A stretch of DNA of 34,161 nt from Sulfurimonadaceae bacterium. GTDB lineage: Bacteria > Campylobacterota > Campylobacteria > Campylobacterales > Sulfurimonadaceae. The stretch lies in contig JBFFUI010000023.1 of assembly GCA_041571435.1 (NCBI GenBank), forward strand, positions 1 to 34,161, written 5' to 3'. This document shows positions 1 through 9,491 of this stretch, in pieces. The number at the start of each line of letters is the position of its first letter. Positions within the stretch are counted from its first letter, which is position 1. Both the position numbers and the translations under genes were made by a program. The notes below the pieces were generated by a model. It did not search any database. It saw nothing but the letters and a program-made list of their open reading frames with translations, and had not been told where the DNA came from.

Positions 1-130
1 CGTCAACTGTGTGTGCTGTCCATACATCTGGCTTCTCTGCACGCCAATCTGTAGCGTTTACTGCTACTGGAGCAGCTGTTAGAGCTACCGCACCTAGTCC
101 GACTAGGCTTAAAAATTTTCTTCTTTGCAT
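1..130 (-). CDS. soxY: Thiosulfate oxidation carrier SoxY, N-terminal part (runs off the window)
   Basis: Not in the ORF track. Translated by hand from ATG at 130: MQRRKFLSLVGLGAVALTAAPVAVNATDWRAEKPDVWTAHTVD. Twin-arginine signal RRKFL, AAGGA RBS upstream, directly downstream of soxD. Confidence 0.85.
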   Translation of the reverse strand, partial: MQRRKFLSLVGLGAVALTAAPVAVNATDWRAEKPDVWTAHTVD

Positions 131-145
131 GTTATTTCCTTTGTG

Positions 146-1318
146 TTATTTGCTTGCGTTGAGCATATACTCAACAATTTCTTTCATCTTAGCGTCGCTG
201 TAGTCACTTCCACCTTTAGGTGGCATAGCGTTTTTACCGTTGATGGCATTTGCCAGTACAGTTTTAAACCCTTGAGCCGCTACTTTTGACCACTCAGCTT
301 TGTTCCCTACAACCGGAGCGCCCATTCCTGCGGCACCGTGACATACGGCACATGATGCTTCGTATTCTGCTTTACCAAGTTCTACTGCACCTTCTTCTTT
401 CGGAAGATCGCGTACGGTAGAGATCGGTGGCAAGAAGTCAGAGATACCTGTACCAGAGATGCGTGTTACTTTTGCTGTCGGCTCAAGACAGTCTTTCATA
501 CAACGCTCGCTAGGGTTGACTTTCATCGCACCGAAGTTCGTTGGGTTCTGGTAGTAAGCACGTACGTTCTCAACACCTTGAGGACCGTCGATCTTTGGCT
601 CGAAACCGTCGACATTCGGCATCGTGACTTTTGAGAAGTTGTCTTGGTCAAGAACAAACTCGTCATCTACCGCTTCGCCATCAACTTCCAGTTCATTGAT
701 GCTGATCATATAAGCTGTAAGTGCATACACTTCGTCAACTGAAAGTGACTTAGATTTTGGATGCGGCATACCGTCATGAATGTACCACCACATTGTACTT
801 AGGTGCGGCCAGTATGAACCGAATACACGTGTCGGACCTTCAGCATCAGGGTCAAAACGTTGGTTTTTCAATGTTTTTTGAAGGTTGGCACCATTACCTT
901 TAGAAAGTGCAGGGTATCCACCGCCACCTGATCCGAAGTCACCGTGACACATAACACATTGCGCTTCGTAAAGCTCTTCACCCTCTTCTACCGAACCTGA
1001 ACCGGCTGGTGGAAGTTTGTGCGGTGTGACGTCTGTGTCCCAAGCTGCCAGTTCGTTTGCAGTCGGTGTACGACCATAGTTAAATGTTTCTGACTCTGCT
1101 TGCATGTCGACAAGATAGTCAGCAGTTTTACCGTTTACGACAGGGTATGTTACACCACCGTCGATAACCGCTTTGCCGTTTGCATAAGCAGTTGCTGCAG
1201 TTGTGGCTCCTGAATGTGATGCACCGGAAGCAGAAGCTCCGCTGTTACATGCAGTCATGAAAAGAGCTGCTGTAGCTGCGATCGATGCAGAGATGATCAA
1301 TTTATTAATATTCAACAT
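146..1318 (-). CDS. soxD: SoxD, diheme cytochrome c subunit of sulfane dehydrogenase
   Basis: Two CXXCH motifs (CVMCH, CAVCH), SoxD-like segments (GRTPT..ELAAWD, GSYWP, DGMP), start overlaps the soxC stop, lipobox-like FMTA-C. Confidence 0.9.
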   Translation of the reverse strand: MLNINKLIISASIAATAALFMTACNSGASASGASHSGATTAATAYANGKAVIDGGVTYPVVNGKTADYLVDMQAESETFNYGRTPTANELAAWDTDVTPHKLPPAGSGSVEEGEELYEAQCVMCHGDFGSGGGGYPALSKGNGANLQKTLKNQRFDPDAEGPTRVFGSYWPHLSTMWWYIHDGMPHPKSKSLSVDEVYALTAYMISINELEVDGEAVDDEFVLDQDNFSKVTMPNVDGFEPKIDGPQGVENVRAYYQNPTNFGAMKVNPSERCMKDCLEPTAKVTRISGTGISDFLPPISTVRDLPKEEGAVELGKAEYEASCAVCHGAAGMGAPVVGNKAEWSKVAAQGFKTVLANAINGKNAMPPKGGSDYSDAKMKEIVEYMLNASK

Positions 1319-2706
1319 TATTTCGCCTCCTTGTCGATTACGACATTACCATTCTCGTCTCTCTTAAGAGTCGAACGCATTTGCATGTGGTTAACCGTAC
1401 CGTCTTCAAGTACTTCCCAAGTCTCAATACCATTTCTGTGGTATACCGCTTCAATACCTGTGACCAAAGTCTCCTGGTCGACAGTAGGTTGGATGTAACC
1501 GGCATCATCCATTGCACGTGATGCAAGAATGATACGTTTGCCTTCATATTTGTAGGTGTAGCTCCAGCGTGTCCAACACTTAGGAAGAACAAGACCTTTA
1601 AGGTTTGCAGGAACGTATGTGTTACCGCCGTCAAATGAGATATCGACACCTGTAATTGTTCCCATACCTGACCATGCAAGACCTTCGATCTCAACTAGGT
1701 CACCTTTTTTAAGGTCTTTCCATGGGATCTCAGGTGATGGAGATGTCACTGTCGAGTTGACTTCATTTGCATAGAAGTGCTGGATCGCTTTACCGCTTGG
1801 TTTAAGCGCCGTGTACTTCGATGTCTCTTCTTTAGCGTAGAAAGGCTCATCCGAGAGCTTGATACGCTTAAGCCATTTAACACAAAGGTTACCTTCCCAG
1901 CCTGGAAGAAGGATACGAACAGGGTAACCTTGCTCTGGGCGAAGTGCTTCACCATTTTGACCGTATACGATCATAGCATCGTCCATGACTTTGTCCATAG
2001 GAATCGTACGTCCCATTTCAGAGTTATCCGAACCTTCTGCAAGTATCCATTTCGCTTCTGGTTTAACACCAAGATCTTTAAGGATGTCTTTCAAGTAAAC
2101 ACCAGTCCACTCAGCACAACTCATGAAGCCTTTGGCAAACTGAAGTGAGTTGAACTGAGGTCCACGCCACTCTTGTCCACCATTGGCAGGACATTCGATA
2201 AAGTGTGTGCGCGTAACACTTGGGTACTTCTTAAGTTGATCAAGCGTAAGAACGATAGGCTTCTCGACAAGACCGTGAATCATCAGACGGTACTCGTTTG
2301 GATCAACATGTGCAACACCACCGTGAGAACGGCTGAAGAACAGACCATTTGGTGTGATGATACCCATTGATTCATGGATCGGTGTAACAGCAATTGATGC
2401 CTGGAAGTTACCGGATGCAAGAAGTCGTGTGTTTCTTCTTAATACATTGTGCTCATAAGCAGAAGGGACACCGTAACGATTTTTAGTTACTGGATCTCCA
2501 AGTTTCTGGCCCCACTTTACGTGGTGCATGATAAATGGATCATCTTCTTTACTCGCCTCGACTGAATGGCCTGCAAATACACTCGTACCTGCTAAGGCAC
2601 CCACAGATAGAGCGGCTTTTTTGAAAAAGGCTCTTCTGTCAGAAAGCTCGTCGCTAGATACAGCTTCGATATCTGTTTGAGAGTTTTTAATTTCTTTATT
2701 ACTCAT
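1318..2706 (-). CDS. soxC: SoxC, molybdopterin subunit of sulfane dehydrogenase (sulfite oxidase family)
   Basis: Tat motif DRRAFFKK, FFSRSHGG, Mo-ligand Cys in IECPANG, EQGYPVR, VKWL. Start moved from 2739 to ATG 2706 because GGGGAG precedes it. Confidence 0.93.
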   Translation of the reverse strand: MSNKEIKNSQTDIEAVSSDELSDRRAFFKKAALSVGALAGTSVFAGHSVEASKEDDPFIMHHVKWGQKLGDPVTKNRYGVPSAYEHNVLRRNTRLLASGNFQASIAVTPIHESMGIITPNGLFFSRSHGGVAHVDPNEYRLMIHGLVEKPIVLTLDQLKKYPSVTRTHFIECPANGGQEWRGPQFNSLQFAKGFMSCAEWTGVYLKDILKDLGVKPEAKWILAEGSDNSEMGRTIPMDKVMDDAMIVYGQNGEALRPEQGYPVRILLPGWEGNLCVKWLKRIKLSDEPFYAKEETSKYTALKPSGKAIQHFYANEVNSTVTSPSPEIPWKDLKKGDLVEIEGLAWSGMGTITGVDISFDGGNTYVPANLKGLVLPKCWTRWSYTYKYEGKRIILASRAMDDAGYIQPTVDQETLVTGIEAVYHRNGIETWEVLEDGTVNHMQMRSTLKRDENGNVVIDKEAK

Positions 2707-2854
2707 CGTTGTCTCCCCATATGTATAGATATATCTCATTTGTTAGTGCATATATACAGAAAACCACTAGGTTTTTAAATATCATCAGAACTGAATAATT
2801 TTACTGTATGCAGAAAATACTGGCAATTCATGCAATAACAATCGCGATAATTCG

Positions 2855-2876
2855 TAACGTGAATTGTATCACATTC
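2855..2876. promoter_or_regulatory. CRP/FNR-family-like palindrome upstream of soxC
   Basis: TAACGTGAATTGTATCACATTC: cGTGA-N6-TCACA core at 2858-2873, one mismatch from TGTGA-N6-TCACA. Confidence 0.45.
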
Positions 2877-3079
2877 TTATCAAATAAAAAGATTGTTGGC
2901 CCTATCTCTTGTGCCTTCGGTATTACCAAACGAAACACTAACGGAATCACATTTGTAATTAACAAAATTAATCATAAGGATAATCTTTGAAAATAGTAAC
3001 GGAATGTTGCCGGGTGATAAAAAGGATTTTTGAGCATATAGAGCGATTGCCTATACTATATATATAGACGTATCTGTGC

Positions 3080-3544
3080 TCAGGAAAGAGCACTTCTTTC
3101 AAACCAGTGCTCGAGCGTTCGTTTTAACGTGGCCTCTTTACGTCGATTGAAATGGTCAGCGAGGTCAAAGTCGGGCTTCTCCGAGTTCTCTTTATACTCT
3201 TTGATAAACGCAGCGTAGAGATTTTCTTTCATCCCTGTGACTTCGTAGGTGACTTTATCGTAGGTTAACCCTGCATCCACGATCTGTTCTCTATAAATCT
3301 CTTTAGGGTTGATGCTGCCGTATCGATCTTCTTTCGGCAGGGTCATGTTCATCTCGATGTAAGCACGCATCATGGCAAGTGTGTGCTCGAACTGCTCGAT
3401 CGGCAACTCGTTTGTATCATGAACGACTGTGGCTTGCTCTTTGCTATAGCCCCAGCCGCCGCTTAGGGAGAACTCGACGTCAAATGCGGCTTTGATGATC
3501 TCTTTGACCGGATCACTGCTTTTGATGGGTTGAAAATCTGACAT
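3080..3544 (-). CDS. Hypothetical protein (154 aa)
   Basis: ORF with AAGG RBS, co-oriented with neighbours, globular composition; no family recognised. Confidence 0.8.
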   Translation of the reverse strand: MSDFQPIKSSDPVKEIIKAAFDVEFSLSGGWGYSKEQATVVHDTNELPIEQFEHTLAMMRAYIEMNMTLPKEDRYGSINPKEIYREQIVDAGLTYDKVTYEVTGMKENLYAAFIKEYKENSEKPDFDLADHFNRRKEATLKRTLEHWFERSALS

Positions 3545-3589
3545 TAAAATACCTTGCTTACATCTGTGTTTAATGGCAAGAGAAGAATG

Positions 3590-4642
3590 CTATTTCTTTT
3601 CAATCTTGTCTTTAGCTGTTTTGATGGCGCTGTCCAGTGCTGTTTTGGCCGCACTGAAGGCTTGAATTCCCATTCGTTTTGCTTCTTTTGCTTTATCCGA
3701 CTGTAGGGCGCGGGAACTTCGCACCAGTGCATCTTTGGTAGCGGAATTGAAACGTTCTTTCAGTACATCTACCGTCTCTTTGGAGATCAGAATCAGCTCA
3801 TCCATATCGAGGTGGATGTCTTTGCTTACTTTTTTCAACAGCGCTTCCGTGCTTTTGTCTGTTGTACTGGAGAGCGACTGAATGGTCTGCGTAAAGACAA
3901 GGTTGGTCTGTTTCAGCTCGTTGAGGTCGCCATAGTCCGCAAGTACACCTGCCTTGAGCTCTTCAGGTACGTATTGCAGCTGCTGCTTGAATTCACGGAT
4001 GGAGTGGATCAGTCCTGCGCGAATCCCTTTCAGAGAGCCGCGCAGGATCTCTTCAGCCGCATTAGGCGTCGCTTCGGCAACACCGATTGCACTTTTCAAG
4101 ATCGTATAAATGATCTTACGGATACGAACTGTTCCCATCACCCCTTCGTTGAGTGTTTCGTGGGTGATGTCTTTGGTGATCTCTTTAAGGGTCTCTTCGA
4201 TGTCGTGCCCTTTTTCAAGTGTGGTCAAGATCGCAGATTCGACCATCTCTTCGAGCATGTCAAACAGGTCAATGGACTGGAGTTTGATCTGATGAAGGTC
4301 GCGCTGTATAGACGGGACATCAGCACCGATATCTTCTTCAATGGTATTGAAAACGGCGTATTTGGCATTCTGGAGCGCTAAAGACTTACGTTCAAGTTGG
4401 CGTTCGATCTGCTCTTTCTGAGCCAACAGATCCTGTACTTCATCATGCAACGGCTGTGTTTCGATCTCCAAGACAGCCTCGACTATCGCCTTCAGCTCCT
4501 GAAACTTGAGCTCTTCTTTGGCAATATGCCACTCTTGCTCAATATGCTCTGCAAGTGAACCGACCTTTTTGTCTAAGGATTTTGCCTTGCGTCTTTTGTA
4601 AAAGCTGCGTATGTCACGTTCGAATTTTTCAATATCCATCAT
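3590..4642 (-). CDS. Hypothetical alpha-helical/coiled-coil protein (350 aa)
   Basis: Long E/K/Q/L-rich ORF with AAGGAAAG RBS, in the moaC-DUF493 run. Confidence 0.85.
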   Translation of the reverse strand: MMDIEKFERDIRSFYKRRKAKSLDKKVGSLAEHIEQEWHIAKEELKFQELKAIVEAVLEIETQPLHDEVQDLLAQKEQIERQLERKSLALQNAKYAVFNTIEEDIGADVPSIQRDLHQIKLQSIDLFDMLEEMVESAILTTLEKGHDIEETLKEITKDITHETLNEGVMGTVRIRKIIYTILKSAIGVAEATPNAAEEILRGSLKGIRAGLIHSIREFKQQLQYVPEELKAGVLADYGDLNELKQTNLVFTQTIQSLSSTTDKSTEALLKKVSKDIHLDMDELILISKETVDVLKERFNSATKDALVRSSRALQSDKAKEAKRMGIQAFSAAKTALDSAIKTAKDKIEKK

Positions 4643-4654
4643 CTTTCCTTTGCT

Positions 4655-4948
4655 TTATAGTACCATTTTGATATCTTGATGTGCTTTAAGCGCTTCGTAG
4701 ATGAAGGTGCGTTCATCTTCATTCTGGACGATCAGGTCCAGGTTCAAGCTGACATATTTTCCGGTCTTGCTTGCGTTGGAGTGCTCAAGGGAGTGGGCCC
4801 GTTCCAGTATAACGGAGTGTATGGCTTCTTCCAGCACTCTGCGCTCTCTGCCGATGACCTTGTATTTCCAGCTGCAAGGGTAGTCAAGCTCAAGCTTCTG
4901 ATTTTCGTCTTGCCCGATTATTCTGAGTTTTGGTTTGTCATTAGCCAC
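4655..4948 (-). CDS. DUF493 (YbeD/HP0495-like) protein
   Basis: LDYPCSWKYKVIG, SKTGKYVS and C-terminal IKMVL; GTG start. Confidence 0.85.
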   Translation of the reverse strand: MANDKPKLRIIGQDENQKLELDYPCSWKYKVIGRERRVLEEAIHSVILERAHSLEHSNASKTGKYVSLNLDLIVQNEDERTFIYEALKAHQDIKMVL

Positions 4949-4951
4949 AAT

Positions 4952-5428
4952 CTATCCTTTACGTGTAAAATCACCGCTTTTGCCGCCCGATTTCTCTTCA
5001 AGTTGTACCTGTCGAATGATCATTCCTTTGTCGATCGCTTTGACCATGTCGTAGATCGTCAGAAGTCCTATGCTTGTTCCGGTAAGTGCTTCCATCTCGA
5101 CACCGGTCTGGCCTGTCAATTTGGCAGTAACAGTCAGTTTGAAACCCGGTAGTTCAGGCAACTCATCGACATCACAGTTGATTCCGCTAAGGTTCAGCGG
5201 ATGGCACATCGGGATCAGGTCAGATGTCTTTTTTGTTCCCATGATGGCTGCGATAACGGCCGTTTGAAGAACGGGCCCTTTTTTTGTCTTTTCGGTCACG
5301 ATAGCATCATAGGCATCTTGGCTCATCTCAATAATACCGCTGGCAACAGCGACGCGTGTTGTCTGATCTTTGTCAGAGACATCGACCATTTTTGGTCGGT
5401 CTTTTTCATCTAAATGGGTTAAATTCAT
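4952..5428 (-). CDS. moaC: Cyclic pyranopterin monophosphate synthase MoaC
   Basis: [42 protein letters not shown]. Start set at ATG 5428 because the 5455 start abuts a minus-strand TATAAT at 5459-5464. Confidence 0.95.
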   Translation of the reverse strand: MNLTHLDEKDRPKMVDVSDKDQTTRVAVASGIIEMSQDAYDAIVTEKTKKGPVLQTAVIAAIMGTKKTSDLIPMCHPLNLSGINCDVDELPELPGFKLTVTAKLTGQTGVEMEALTGTSIGLLTIYDMVKAIDKGMIIRQVQLEEKSGGKSGDFTRKG

Positions 5429-5494
5429 AGGGTCACTTTTATACTTATTTATCACTAAATTATAGCCAAGTGTTGGTGAACAGTAAAAACGGCG

Positions 5495-6085
5495 TTAAAG
5501 GCGCTTGAGTGCCGCATCATATTCGTACGGATGGTTGAGGTTGGCAAACAGCGTTTCATCATCAAACATGACAGAGCTGGTTTTGGACTGTTTGAGCAGC
5601 TGGCCCAGCCGATGGTCGTCCTCTTGCAGCATACGTTGAAATGATGAGAGAAGTGACCGATGATAGATACCGCACATCGGATGGCTACCGGAAGCGGTTT
5701 TCGCGACTACGGCGTCAAGATCACTGCTGTCGTTCATCAATAAGGTCTCGATCTGTTCGGCGGCAACGAAAGGGGTATCGACGCTGATGACGAAAAAACG
5801 TTCATCGTCCAGGTGTTCAAAAGTGGAGACAAAACCGGCTGTCGGAGCAAAGATGCCCGTTTCAACAATATCAGGGATTACATCGGCATCAAAATCAAAC
5901 TTATCTCTCTCTTTGGCACTGATAAACGTCCGTTTGAAGAGAGGGGATAATCTTGCATGCTGATATTCTGCCAAGCTCGGATAGCCTCCAAAGGGCATCA
6001 AGGACTTGTCCTGTCCCATTCGGGAACTTTTGCCACCGGCAAAAATGACACAACTTATATTAAAAGGGTGTTTTTGCTTAGACAT
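5495..6085 (-). CDS. mobA: Molybdenum cofactor guanylyltransferase MobA
   Basis: FAGGKSSRMGQDK nucleotidyltransferase motif, VDTPFV, FANLN; next to moaC. Confidence 0.9.
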   Translation of the reverse strand: MSKQKHPFNISCVIFAGGKSSRMGQDKSLMPFGGYPSLAEYQHARLSPLFKRTFISAKERDKFDFDADVIPDIVETGIFAPTAGFVSTFEHLDDERFFVISVDTPFVAAEQIETLLMNDSSDLDAVVAKTASGSHPMCGIYHRSLLSSFQRMLQEDDHRLGQLLKQSKTSSVMFDDETLFANLNHPYEYDAALKRL

Positions 6086-6130
6086 AAAATCTCCTTTGCA
6101 GTAAAAAGTATAGTACGAATTATGTAAAGA

Positions 6131-6832
6131 TCAGCTCCGTAAAAAATCGGCTTTTACAAGCTTTAAAAAAAGCAGTACAGAAAGTCCTGATGCACCGAAA
6201 ATCATGGCCATGACCATGATCTGGTACCGAGCGGCGATCAGGGGCGAGACACCGGAGAGGATCTGTCCGGTCATCATACCCGGAAGCGAGACCAGTCCGA
6301 CAGCAAAAAGAGCATTGACAACCGGGATCAGCGCCGCCTGATAGGCATGTGAAGAGGCTTTAGGGTAGGCCAGATCATTGGCAAGCTCGAAAGAGAGCCG
6401 TTCTGCCGCGATAGAGATGGCGGTCATGGCATTGGCGAAGATCATTCCGGCGAGCGGGATCATATAGCTCGGCTGGTACCAGGGTTCAAGACCGATGACC
6501 ACCTGTGTGACCAGCAGCAGGGTGATACCCCCGCCGAAACAGAGACTGAGAAGGGCTTTAACATAGAGCGCTTTGCGTTGCGCTGCAACCGTGCGAAGCG
6601 ATATCCAGCTTGCGGCAAGCAGCATGACAGAGAGTGTCAACAAAATGACAGCACTTGAATCGGTTTTGAAGATATAGATAAGAAAGTAGCCGATAAGCAG
6701 CAGTTGTATGACCATTCGTGCCATCGCATAGAGGGCTGTCTTGTACTGCAGTGATTGATAGACCATCACACCGATCACGATGGCAGCAGGTATAAATGAA
6801 AAAAGCAGGTCAAAGAGTGAAAGTGTATGCAT
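6131..6832 (-). CDS. ABC permease, UPF0014 (FetB/YbbM-like)
   Basis: Multi-TM; RMVIQLLLIGY, IPLAGMIFANAM, GLVSLPGMMTGQILSG..P..AARYQI. Confidence 0.85.
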   Translation of the reverse strand: MHTLSLFDLLFSFIPAAIVIGVMVYQSLQYKTALYAMARMVIQLLLIGYFLIYIFKTDSSAVILLTLSVMLLAASWISLRTVAAQRKALYVKALLSLCFGGGITLLLVTQVVIGLEPWYQPSYMIPLAGMIFANAMTAISIAAERLSFELANDLAYPKASSHAYQAALIPVVNALFAVGLVSLPGMMTGQILSGVSPLIAARYQIMVMAMIFGASGLSVLLFLKLVKADFLRS

Positions 6833-6870
6833 AATGAAGATTGTAACACAGTGTGTAAAAAAGATGAGCG

Positions 6871-6896
6871 TCCGGAGTCTAAAAAAGGACTCCGGA
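6871..6896 (-). terminator. Hairpin downstream of leuC, probable terminator
   Basis: TCCGGAGTC-(8 nt)-GACTCCGGA perfect 9-bp stem. The minus-strand T-run is several nt away from the stem. Confidence 0.55.
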
Positions 6897-6910
6897 GAAG
6901 AAAAGTGCGG

Positions 6911-8179
6911 TTATTTTATGGTTTCCGGATCCGCAATGTAACCCGCGATAGCAGATGCAGCGGCAACCGCAGAGTTGGCAAGGTAGATTCCCGAACTGCG
7001 TGCTCCCATACGGCCGACAAAGTTACGGTTCGTTGTGGCAATAGCAGTTTCGCCATCACCCAAAATACCCATATAACCCCCAAGGCAGGCACCACATGTC
7101 GGGTTGGAAACAACACCGCCCGCATCGATAATGATGTCGATGTAGCCGAGTTTCTCAGCTTGTTTGAAGATCTTCTGCGTTGCCGGTGTGACGATCAGGC
7201 GTGTCTGACGTGCGACGCGTTTGCCGTCAAGGATCTCTGCCGCCATCTTAAGGTCGGAAAGACGGCCGTTGGTACATGAACCGATGAAGACCTGGTCGAC
7301 TTTGATATGGTCAGAAACCGCCTGGCTTAACGGCTTACCGTTGGACGGAAGTGACGGGTAGGCGATGACCGGCTCAAGTTTGGAGACATCGATCTCCAAA
7401 ACCTGCGCGTATTTTGCATCAGGATCAGAGTAGTGGAACTTCGGCTCACGGGCAAGCTCTTTGTCGGCTAAAAATTCTTTGGTGATGTCATCGACGGCAA
7501 TGATACCGTTCTTGGCACCCGCTTCGATGGCCATATTACAGAGGCTGAAACGGTCATCCATGCTCAAGGTCTCGATGGTGCTCCCTGTAAATTCAAGGGC
7601 CTGGTAAAGGGCACCGTCAACACCGATACGGCGGATAACTTCCAAGATGAGGTCTTTTCCGTAGACGTTCGGCTGAAGTTCACCGGTAAAGACGACTTTG
7701 ATGCTCTCCGGTACTTTGAACCAGTTGCCGCCAGTGATCATACCGAAGGCAAGATCGGTCGAGCCCATACCTGTCGAAAAAGCACCAAGTGCGCCGTGTG
7801 TACAAGTGTGTGAGTCGGCACCGATGATGACGTCGCCCGGAACAACAAGCCCTTTTTCCGGAAGAAGCGCGTGCTCGATACCCATGTCTTTTTCGTCAAA
7901 ATAGTTTTTAAGATTATGTTTGTACGCAAAGTCACGGGAGATCTTGGCCTGGTTTGCCGAAGCGATATCTTTGGCCGGGATGAAGTGGTCAAGTACCAAA
8001 GCGAACCCGTCCGGATTGGCCAGTTTTTCAGCACCGCTCTCTTCGAACGCTTTGATAGAGATAGGGGTCGTAATATCGTTACCGATGATCATGTCGATGT
8101 TTGAACGAACGATCTCGCCTGCATAGACTTTTCGGCCTACGTGTTCAGAGAAGATCTTTTCAGTTATGGTCTGTCCCAT
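6911..8179 (-). CDS. leuC: 3-isopropylmalate dehydratase large subunit (short, type-2 LeuC)
   Basis: MGQTITEKI, GADSHTCTHGA, FIGSCTNGR, CGACLG (4Fe-4S ligands), TNRNFVGRMG. Confidence 0.92.
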   Translation of the reverse strand: MGQTITEKIFSEHVGRKVYAGEIVRSNIDMIIGNDITTPISIKAFEESGAEKLANPDGFALVLDHFIPAKDIASANQAKISRDFAYKHNLKNYFDEKDMGIEHALLPEKGLVVPGDVIIGADSHTCTHGALGAFSTGMGSTDLAFGMITGGNWFKVPESIKVVFTGELQPNVYGKDLILEVIRRIGVDGALYQALEFTGSTIETLSMDDRFSLCNMAIEAGAKNGIIAVDDITKEFLADKELAREPKFHYSDPDAKYAQVLEIDVSKLEPVIAYPSLPSNGKPLSQAVSDHIKVDQVFIGSCTNGRLSDLKMAAEILDGKRVARQTRLIVTPATQKIFKQAEKLGYIDIIIDAGGVVSNPTCGACLGGYMGILGDGETAIATTNRNFVGRMGARSSGIYLANSAVAAASAIAGYIADPETIK

Positions 8180-8240
8180 AATTAGCCTTTAAATGTATAA
8201 ATTGTGAATTATGTATTGATTTCACCTAAATAGTGCCGCG

Positions 8241-8249
8241 ATTATACCA
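8241..8249 (-). promoter_or_regulatory. Extended -10 element for leuC
   Basis: Minus strand reads TGGTATAAT about 60 nt upstream of the ATG. Confidence 0.6.
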
Positions 8250-8290
8250 TTTTGGTGCTGTAGAGTTTTTTAGTCGAAAATGGAACGTTC

Positions 8291-8728
8291 TTATGGCTCT
8301 TTAGGCGGTTCTAATATCAAAGAGGGCTCTTGCTGTTTATGCCGGAGCCAGTTGATAAATTTCAGAAACTTCGGCCGACTGACGATCTTGCGTTCGAGTC
8401 GGAACTTGCCGGGATAATCCATCAGGATCAGCCCCATCAAAATACCGAGCAGACCCTGTCCTGGAAGTACAAGCATGGCAATACCCGCCAGCAGAAGTGT
8501 CAAACCTATGCCGTTTTTCACGATGAGGACCATCAGGCGGAGTACCGGATGGAGCTCTTTCCAACGAGGCGGCTCCCGTTTGTCGTGGGCAAAGTAATCA
8601 TAGGGTATCTGGGCGACCAGCCAGGGCAACAGCAGCAGACTGGCGACCGATATCAGCAGCGAACCGGCACCTATTAAGGTCAGCAGCACCTGATTTGTAT
8701 CGATCCATTGGAACAGGGTGTTCAGCAT
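8291..8728 (-). CDS. PGPGW-type putative membrane protein
   Basis: Hydrophobic segments and the motif MLVLPGQGL...DYPGK. Confidence 0.75.
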   Translation of the reverse strand: MLNTLFQWIDTNQVLLTLIGAGSLLISVASLLLLPWLVAQIPYDYFAHDKREPPRWKELHPVLRLMVLIVKNGIGLTLLLAGIAMLVLPGQGLLGILMGLILMDYPGKFRLERKIVSRPKFLKFINWLRHKQQEPSLILEPPKEP

Positions 8729-8826
8729 AAGTCGAATCCCGCCTCTTTCTCTCTTATTCTCGATTCGTCACATCACAATAGTGGTGTAAAGAGTCCTGTT
8801 GGACTATTATAGTGCAGTACATATTA

Positions 8827-8862
8827 ATGAATCCAATTCATAAAATGAATTAAGTTCATTTT
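8827..8862. promoter_or_regulatory. Tandem palindromic operator, probably bound by the adjacent TetR
   Basis: ATGAA-N5-TTCAT at 8827-8841 and 8845-8859, between divergent -10-like boxes (minus TATAAT 8806-8811; plus TACAAT 8877-8882). Confidence 0.7.
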
Positions 8863-8909
8863 TACATTCAAAGGACTACAATTCCCCCACTCTTAAGATA
8901 GGGAGAAGA

Positions 8910-9491
8910 ATGTCACGTTTAAACAGTGAAATAAAAAACATGAAACGCACGCTTATCCTTGAAAAAGCTACGGAGATGTTCGAAGAGCATGGTTTCGAAG
9001 AGCTGAAGGTCTCCGATCTTGCCCATGAGGCAGGCGTGAGCGTGGGTACGATTTATGCCTACTTTGATTCAAAAGAGGGACTCTACAGCGCCTGTGTCGG
9101 TTCGCATATCGAGGCCGTATATGAGGTGTTTGTCAAGCTTTTTGCCGAGGAGCTCCCGTTTGAAGAGCTGATCGAAAAATCCCAGAGAATCAAGTTTGAG
9201 ACGATCTCAAAAAAACGTAAAACACTCGAGACCGGGGCCATCAACAACCCCTTTTTCTTTGAGTCGCATCAGATCAACCATAAAGAGGAGATGGACCGTA
9301 TCCACCGTCTCTTTGTCGATGTCATCGACCGCCACAAAAAGGTCGATGTCGACAGTCTGCAGCTGGTCTATATCCTCAATGCCATCGGCAATGCCTATGT
9401 CCTGAGATGGATCGAAGGCGAGTTTGACGATCTGAACGCCAAAACAAAAGAGGTCAGCTCTCTTTTCATATCGATGATAAAAGGATCATGA
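8910..9491 (+). CDS. TetR/AcrR family transcriptional regulator
   Basis: N-terminal HTH (FEEHGF...DLAHEAGVSVGTIYAYFDSKEGL); GGGAG RBS. Confidence 0.93.
   Translation: MSRLNSEIKNMKRTLILEKATEMFEEHGFEELKVSDLAHEAGVSVGTIYAYFDSKEGLYSACVGSHIEAVYEVFVKLFAEELPFEELIEKSQRIKFETISKKRKTLETGAINNPFFFESHQINHKEEMDRIHRLFVDVIDRHKKVDVDSLQLVYILNAIGNAYVLRWIEGEFDDLNAKTKEVSSLFISMIKGS

Noticed and set aside
2821-2836. Sigma54 promoter TGGCA...TGCA
   Set aside because: GG-to-GC spacing is two bases too short, and it points away from soxC.
2808-2990. 60-aa ORF in the sox upstream region
   Set aside because: AT-rich intergenic sequence with no RBS; the region looks regulatory.
4952-6085. moaC-mobA as a dedicated SoxC maturation module
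   Set aside because: Sulfite-oxidase-family enzymes use Mo-MPT without the guanine dinucleotide added by MobA, and the genes lie in a separate unit.
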